Origin: an uncultured Chloroflexia bacterium
Lineage (GTDB): Bacteria; Chloroflexota; Dehalococcoidia; UBA2979
Length of the DNA: 64,000 nt
Direction: 5' to 3'
Assembly (NCBI GenBank): GCA_963728205.1
Contig: CAVSIV010000001.1
Coordinates: 288,001 to 352,000, forward strand
The position numbers and the translations under genes are program-made. Below the pieces are notes generated by a model that saw only the letters and a list, made by a program, of their open reading frames with translations, was not told where the DNA came from and did no database searches. Below, piece after piece: positions 59,663 to 64,000 of the stretch (its first letter is position 1; each line of letters opens with the position of its first letter).

Positions 59663-60490
59663 CTAGGTGCGTGCGTCCCCGGCGCCTGGCGCGGCGCCGT
59701 GCTTGCCGGGCGCGTGTCGGGGGGGCGCCTCACCGGGGACATCGTCCGCCGGTCCATCGTCCGGCACCAGCCCGAACCGCCGCTGGCGGCCGCTGAAGTC
59801 GGCGAGCGCGGCGTCGACCTGCGGCGGGCCGAAGTCCGGCCACAGCGTGTCGGTGAAGTAGTACTCGGTGTAGGCGGACTGCCAGACGAGGAAGTTCGAC
59901 AGCCGGTGCTCGCCGCCCGTGCGGATCAGCAGGTCGGGCTCGGGCAGCTCACCGGTCGCGAGCCGCGCGGCGATGGCCTCCTCCGTGATCGCGTCGTCCG
60001 CGACGCCGTCGGCGACCAGCCGTCGCACCGCCTGCACGATGTCGGCACGGCCGCCGTAGTTGAACGCGACGTTCACGACCATGCGGCTGTTCGGCTGCGT
60101 GCGCTCAATCGCGCGCCGCATCCGTGAGCGCAGCGCGCTCGGCAGGCGGTCGACGTCGCCCAGATGTCGCAACTGGACGCCGCTGGTGTCGAGGTCGCCG
60201 AGGTAGCGGTCGATGAACTCGCTGCCGAGCCGCAGGATGGCCTCGACCTCGTGGCGCGGCCGGCCCCAGTTCTCGGTGGAGAACCCGAACAGCGTCAGCA
60301 CCTCCACCTCGTAGTCGGCCATGCGCTCGACGACGGGCAGGATGGCCTCGGCGCCGGCGCGGTGGCCGTCCGTGCGCTTGAGGTCGCGCGCGGCGGCCCA
60401 GCGGCCGTTGCCGTCCATGATGATCGCGACGTGCCGGGGGATCGCGCGCAGGCGCAGCAGCGGTGACGTCGACGCCGGTTGGGTGACCAC
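59663..60490 (-). CDS. uppS: Polyprenyl (undecaprenyl) diphosphate synthase
   Basis: HVAIIMDGNGRWA, FSTENW.R, NYGGR, PDLLIRTGGEHRLSNFLVWQ, LWPDF. Confidence 0.96.
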   Translation of the reverse strand: MVTQPASTSPLLRLRAIPRHVAIIMDGNGRWAAARDLKRTDGHRAGAEAILPVVERMADYEVEVLTLFGFSTENWGRPRHEVEAILRLGSEFIDRYLGDLDTSGVQLRHLGDVDRLPSALRSRMRRAIERTQPNSRMVVNVAFNYGGRADIVQAVRRLVADGVADDAITEEAIAARLATGELPEPDLLIRTGGEHRLSNFLVWQSAYTEYYFTDTLWPDFGPPQVDAALADFSGRQRRFGLVPDDGPADDVPGEAPPRHAPGKHGAAPGAGDART

Positions 60491-60569
60491 TGTGATCCCG
60501 CCTGCCGCGAGGCGCTGCGTGCCTGCCGTGCGAGCGATGGTACGGGGTGCCGCGCTCGCGCGCGCCGGC

Positions 60570-61127
60570 TCAGACCTCGAGGAGCTCGCGCTCCTTGTCC
60601 TTCGCCAGCGACTCGATCTGCTCGATGTGCTGGTGCGTGAGGTTCTCGACCTCGGCGGTGGCGCGGTGCTCGTCGTCCTCCGAGACCTCGCCGTCGCGCA
60701 GCTGCTTCTTCAGCTCGTCCATCGCGTGGCGGCGGATGTTGCGCACCGAGACGCGCGCCTCCTCGGTCTTCGTGTGGACCTGCTTCACGAGGTCCTTGCG
60801 GCGGTCCTCGGTGAGCGGCGGGATGGGGAGGCGGATCAGGTTGCCGTCGCTCTGGGGCGTGATGCCCAGGTCGCTGGCCTGGATCGCCTTCATGATCCCG
60901 TTGATCGTGCTCTTGTCCCAGGGCTGGACGGTGAGCAGCGTCGCGTCGGGCGCGTTCAGCGTGGCGAGCTGGTTGAGCGCCATCGACTGCCCGTACTGCT
61001 CGACGTGGAGGTGCTCGATCAGGCGCGTGTTGGCGCGGCCGGTGCGGATCGAGCTCAACACCTGCTCGTAGGCCGTGACGGCCTTGTCCATGCGATCTTC
61101 GGCGTCCAGGAGGATCTCGTCGGTCAT
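60570..61127 (-). CDS. frr: Ribosome recycling factor
   Basis: IRTGRAN, QPWDK, P.SDG, PPLTEDRRK, VRNIRR. Confidence 0.97.
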   Translation of the reverse strand: MTDEILLDAEDRMDKAVTAYEQVLSSIRTGRANTRLIEHLHVEQYGQSMALNQLATLNAPDATLLTVQPWDKSTINGIMKAIQASDLGITPQSDGNLIRLPIPPLTEDRRKDLVKQVHTKTEEARVSVRNIRRHAMDELKKQLRDGEVSEDDEHRATAEVENLTHQHIEQIESLAKDKERELLEV

Positions 61128-61226
61128 GTCGTCCTCCGTTCGAGCGGGAGCGGATGGGGCGTGCGCGCGTGCGCGACCGTCCGCTCCCGCCGTCGACTCG
61201 CCCGCGGCGGATGGCGCCGCGGCGGC

Positions 61227-61733
61227 CTAGCCCCCGAGCTCGAAGCGGGCGAAGCGCGCGATGCGCACGTTCTCGCCCGTCGTCGCGATCGTCTCCTGCA
61301 CGAGATCCTGGATCGACTTGCCGGCGTCCTTGATGAACGCCTGCGTCATGAGGGCGTGCTCCTCGGGCTTGCCGGGGGCGTCCGCCGGTACGTCCTCGGG
61401 GTTGAGGGCGAGCGGGTTCATCGCCGCGACCTGCATCGCGACGTCGCGCGCGAGCTGACGGAAGCCGTCGGTGCGGGCGACGAAGTCGGTCTCGCACTGG
61501 ACCTCGACGAGCGCGCCGATCCGGCCGCCGCCGTGGATGTAGGACTCCACCATGCCCTGGCTCGTCTCGCGCTCGGAGCGCTTGGCGGCGGCGGCGACGC
61601 CCTGCTCGCGGAGGATCTTCTTGGCCTCCTCGAAGTTGCCGCCGGCCTGCTCGAGGGCGCGCTTGCTGTCCATGACGCCGGCGCCGGTCTCTTCCCGGAG
61701 GCGCTTCACGTCGTCGGTTGTGACCACCGTCAT
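61227..61733 (-). CDS. tsf: Elongation factor Ts (short form)
   Basis: VKRLREETGAGVMD, CETDFVART, MQVAAMNP, GENV.I.RFARFELG. Confidence 0.96.
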   Translation of the reverse strand: MTVVTTDDVKRLREETGAGVMDSKRALEQAGGNFEEAKKILREQGVAAAAKRSERETSQGMVESYIHGGGRIGALVEVQCETDFVARTDGFRQLARDVAMQVAAMNPLALNPEDVPADAPGKPEEHALMTQAFIKDAGKSIQDLVQETIATTGENVRIARFARFELGG

Positions 61734-61865
61734 GCTCCTTGTGCCGTCGACGCGCCCCGGGCGCTTCTCGCCCCGGACGCGCCGCGCTGTCGATGCCGCT
61801 GTGACCGCGAGGGAGCGGCCGGCGCACCGGGCCCGTCCCCTCGATGTGTGGCTGGAGAGCCGGGG

Positions 61866-62675
61866 TTAGTTGCCGTCGCCCGCGGGCGCCGCCGCTGCGG
61901 CCGCCTCGGGCTCGTCCGACGCGGCGACCGCGTGGAACTCCTGCTCCACCTCGCCGACCGCGATGCCCTCGAGGACGGCGTCGGCGATCCGGCCCGTGAT
62001 CAGCTGGATGGCGCGGATCGCGTCGTCGTTCGACGGGATCGGGAAGCTGATCTCGTCCGGGTTCGCGTTCGTGTCGCACATCGCCACGATCGGCAGGTGC
62101 ATGCGGTTCGCCTCGTGGATGGCGATCTCCTCCATCGTCGGGTCGACGACGAAGAGCAGGCCGGGCAGGCGGCCCAGCGTGCGCATCCCGTGGAAGGAGC
62201 GCGCCAGGCGCTCGAACTCCTTCTGCAGCACCATGCGCTCGCGCTTGGTGAGGCTGGTGTCGGCCGCGATCACCTCGGCGGCTTCCTCGGTCGCGCCGGC
62301 GGCCACGCCGAAGCGGCGCTCGAGGCTCTTGTAGTACTCGATGCGCTTGGCGATGGTCGCGAAGTTCGTGAGCGTGCCGCCGAGCCAGCGCGTGTTGATG
62401 TACGGCATGCCGCAGCGCTCGGCCTCTTTCTGGACGATCGCCTGCGCCTGCTTCTTCGTGCCGACGAAGAGCACCTGCTCTCCGCTGGAGACCACCTCGC
62501 GCACGGTGTCGACGGCGTAGTCGAGCCGATGCACGGTCTGGGCGAGGTCGAGGATGTGGATCCCGTTGCGCTCGGTGAAGATGAACTGGCGCATCCGGGG
62601 GTTCCAGCGGCGAGTCTGGTGGCCGAAGTGGACTCCGGCTTCCAGCATCTGCCGCATGGTGACGCCTGCGGCCAT
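61866..62675 (-). CDS. rpsB: 30S ribosomal protein S2
   Basis: LEAGVHFGH..RRWNP, FVGTKKQA, RWLGGTLTNF, DTN..P, PSNDDAIRAI. Confidence 0.98.
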   Translation of the reverse strand: MAAGVTMRQMLEAGVHFGHQTRRWNPRMRQFIFTERNGIHILDLAQTVHRLDYAVDTVREVVSSGEQVLFVGTKKQAQAIVQKEAERCGMPYINTRWLGGTLTNFATIAKRIEYYKSLERRFGVAAGATEEAAEVIAADTSLTKRERMVLQKEFERLARSFHGMRTLGRLPGLLFVVDPTMEEIAIHEANRMHLPIVAMCDTNANPDEISFPIPSNDDAIRAIQLITGRIADAVLEGIAVGEVEQEFHAVAASDEPEAAAAAAPAGDGN

Positions 62676-62776
62676 CTGTGCTGCCTCCTGTGTTCACACT
62701 GCCGTCGCATAGATTTGGCCCCGCTGGCGGCGGGGACAGGCGTCGGCCTCTCGGTTCTCGTAACCGAACGAGTATA
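62676..62776 (-). promoter_or_regulatory. rpsB promoter (-10 TATACT) and structured 5' leader
   Basis: Minus strand TATACT at 62776-62771, then about 95 nt with hairpins (ttcggtt/aaccgag, ccccgc/gcgggg) and SD AGGAGG. Confidence 0.6.
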
Positions 62777-62932
62777 GGCGGGCGCGCCGGACACGAGGAA
62801 GGGTGGGGGAAGCGGTGCGCCGCGCTCCGATCCGCCCTCCCGCGCGCGGCGGCTGACGCCGTTATGGGCTCCGGGCGGCGCGCGGTCGGGCAGGGGCGCC
62901 GGGAGGGCCCGGGGCCGGCAGGGCGACCGTAC

Positions 62933-63859
62933 CTAGGGCAGCTTCCCGCGCTCGTGCGCTTCCTCGATCTCGTACCGGACCTCGAGCTCGCGCTCGTGCT
63001 CGGCCGCGGCCTCGCCGCTGAGCACCTCCTCGGCGGCCTCATCGGCCGGCGCGCCGTGGACGGCGTGCCCGTACTTCAGGAGCGCGACGAAGCACGCGCC
63101 GCCGAGCGCGTTGCCGATCGTCGTCCACAGCAGGAAGCCGCCGAGCGTGAGCGGGTCGAACTGCTTGAGCGCGAACATCGCCGCGCCGACCTCGACCGCG
63201 CCGGCGATCGAGTGACCGAGGCGGGCGATGCCGATGGACGCGGTGACGAGCCAGACGAAGACGATCTGGCTGAGCGTATCGCGCGTCGCGGAGACAAGCC
63301 ATGCCAGCAGCCCCATGAGCCAGCCGGCAACGACGCCGCTCAGCAGCAGCAGCCACCAGGCATGCGCCGTGAGCGGCGTCGCGATGCGCTTGAAGGCGTC
63401 GGGCGTCGCGAACCCGAGTCGCGGCCCGATGAACGCGAGCATGGCGGCGAACAGGAGCGCCCCCGCGATGTTCGCCACGTAGAGGAGCGACCACAGCCGC
63501 GCGAGCGCCGCCACCGTGGCGCGCCCGGCGAGCACCGGGAAGACGGCGAGCGACGTGTGCTCCGTGAAGAGCTCCGACCGCCCGAGTACGACGAAGATGA
63601 AGCCGACCGCGTAGAGGTTGGCGAGGATGAGGCGCTCGAGCGCCGGGTCGACGCGCTCGCCGAACTCCGTCGCGATCGCGGACATCAGCAGGACGCCGAA
63701 CCCGATGTCGAGCCCTGCCGAGAGCCCCGAGATGAGGAGCCCGATCGCCGGCCGGCGCAGCTCGCCGAGCCCGGAGATGATCTCCTCCACGAGCATGTCG
63801 TGGTACGGCCGCAGGGAGTGCGCATACGAAGGTGGCTCTTCGACGGCGGGGCGGGCCAT
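62933..63859 (-). CDS. Formate/nitrite transporter (FNT, YfdC-like) family protein
   Basis: SGLSAGL, GFIFVVLGRSELFTEHT, GWLMG, HSIAG, GNALGG...LLKYGH. Confidence 0.88.
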   Translation of the reverse strand: MARPAVEEPPSYAHSLRPYHDMLVEEIISGLGELRRPAIGLLISGLSAGLDIGFGVLLMSAIATEFGERVDPALERLILANLYAVGFIFVVLGRSELFTEHTSLAVFPVLAGRATVAALARLWSLLYVANIAGALLFAAMLAFIGPRLGFATPDAFKRIATPLTAHAWWLLLLSGVVAGWLMGLLAWLVSATRDTLSQIVFVWLVTASIGIARLGHSIAGAVEVGAAMFALKQFDPLTLGGFLLWTTIGNALGGACFVALLKYGHAVHGAPADEAAEEVLSGEAAAEHERELEVRYEIEEAHERGKLP

Positions 63860-64000
63860 GAATCGAATCGTACGAGTGTGATGCATCCGGTCGGAGTCGG
63901 GCGGCGGCGGAGGCTCGGGATCCGAGCCTGGCGTGGTTGAAGGGGATGGCCGGCCAGATCGGCCGCAAACACCGTCCGACCGCGGCCGACGGAGTCCGCG

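Overview
Very GC-rich bacterial chromosomal segment. Gene order and protein styles suggest Chloroflexota, probably Dehalococcoidia-like (inference). Most of it is housekeeping: the trp/aro cluster (trpD-C-F-B, trpA, aroH, aroF) interrupted by a desaturase and a CPBP protease; scpA, ribF, tyrS, an EF-G paralog, recJ, fabD-fabF-fabF, nnr/acpS, folD, a VapBC-type TA pair and prfB with its programmed +1 frameshift. It also carries a mycobacterial-style inositol-lipid cluster (ino1, two PatA-like acyltransferases, a PHP phosphoesterase, a PimA-like GT4, a PgsA-like enzyme) and the rpsB-tsf-frr-uppS-cdsA-dxr-rseP...ispG...proS...nusA-ylxR-infB-rbfA-truB superoperon. The most notable feature is an oppositely oriented 4.3 kb cassette between proS and nusA (43486-47772). 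It encodes a LuxR-type HTH protein, an 87-aa precursor-like peptide with a lasso-type WxxPxIxxxG leader motif and a hydrophobic CxxC core, an ABC exporter, a PqqD/RRE-site-2-protease fusion and two small membrane proteins. This looks like a minimal RiPP/bacteriocin-like system with no tailoring enzyme. Also seen: two families of REP-doublet inverted repeats, many apparently leaderless genes, and five single-base insertions that are probably assembly errors. No rRNA, tRNA, CRISPR array, integrase or transposase was recognised.
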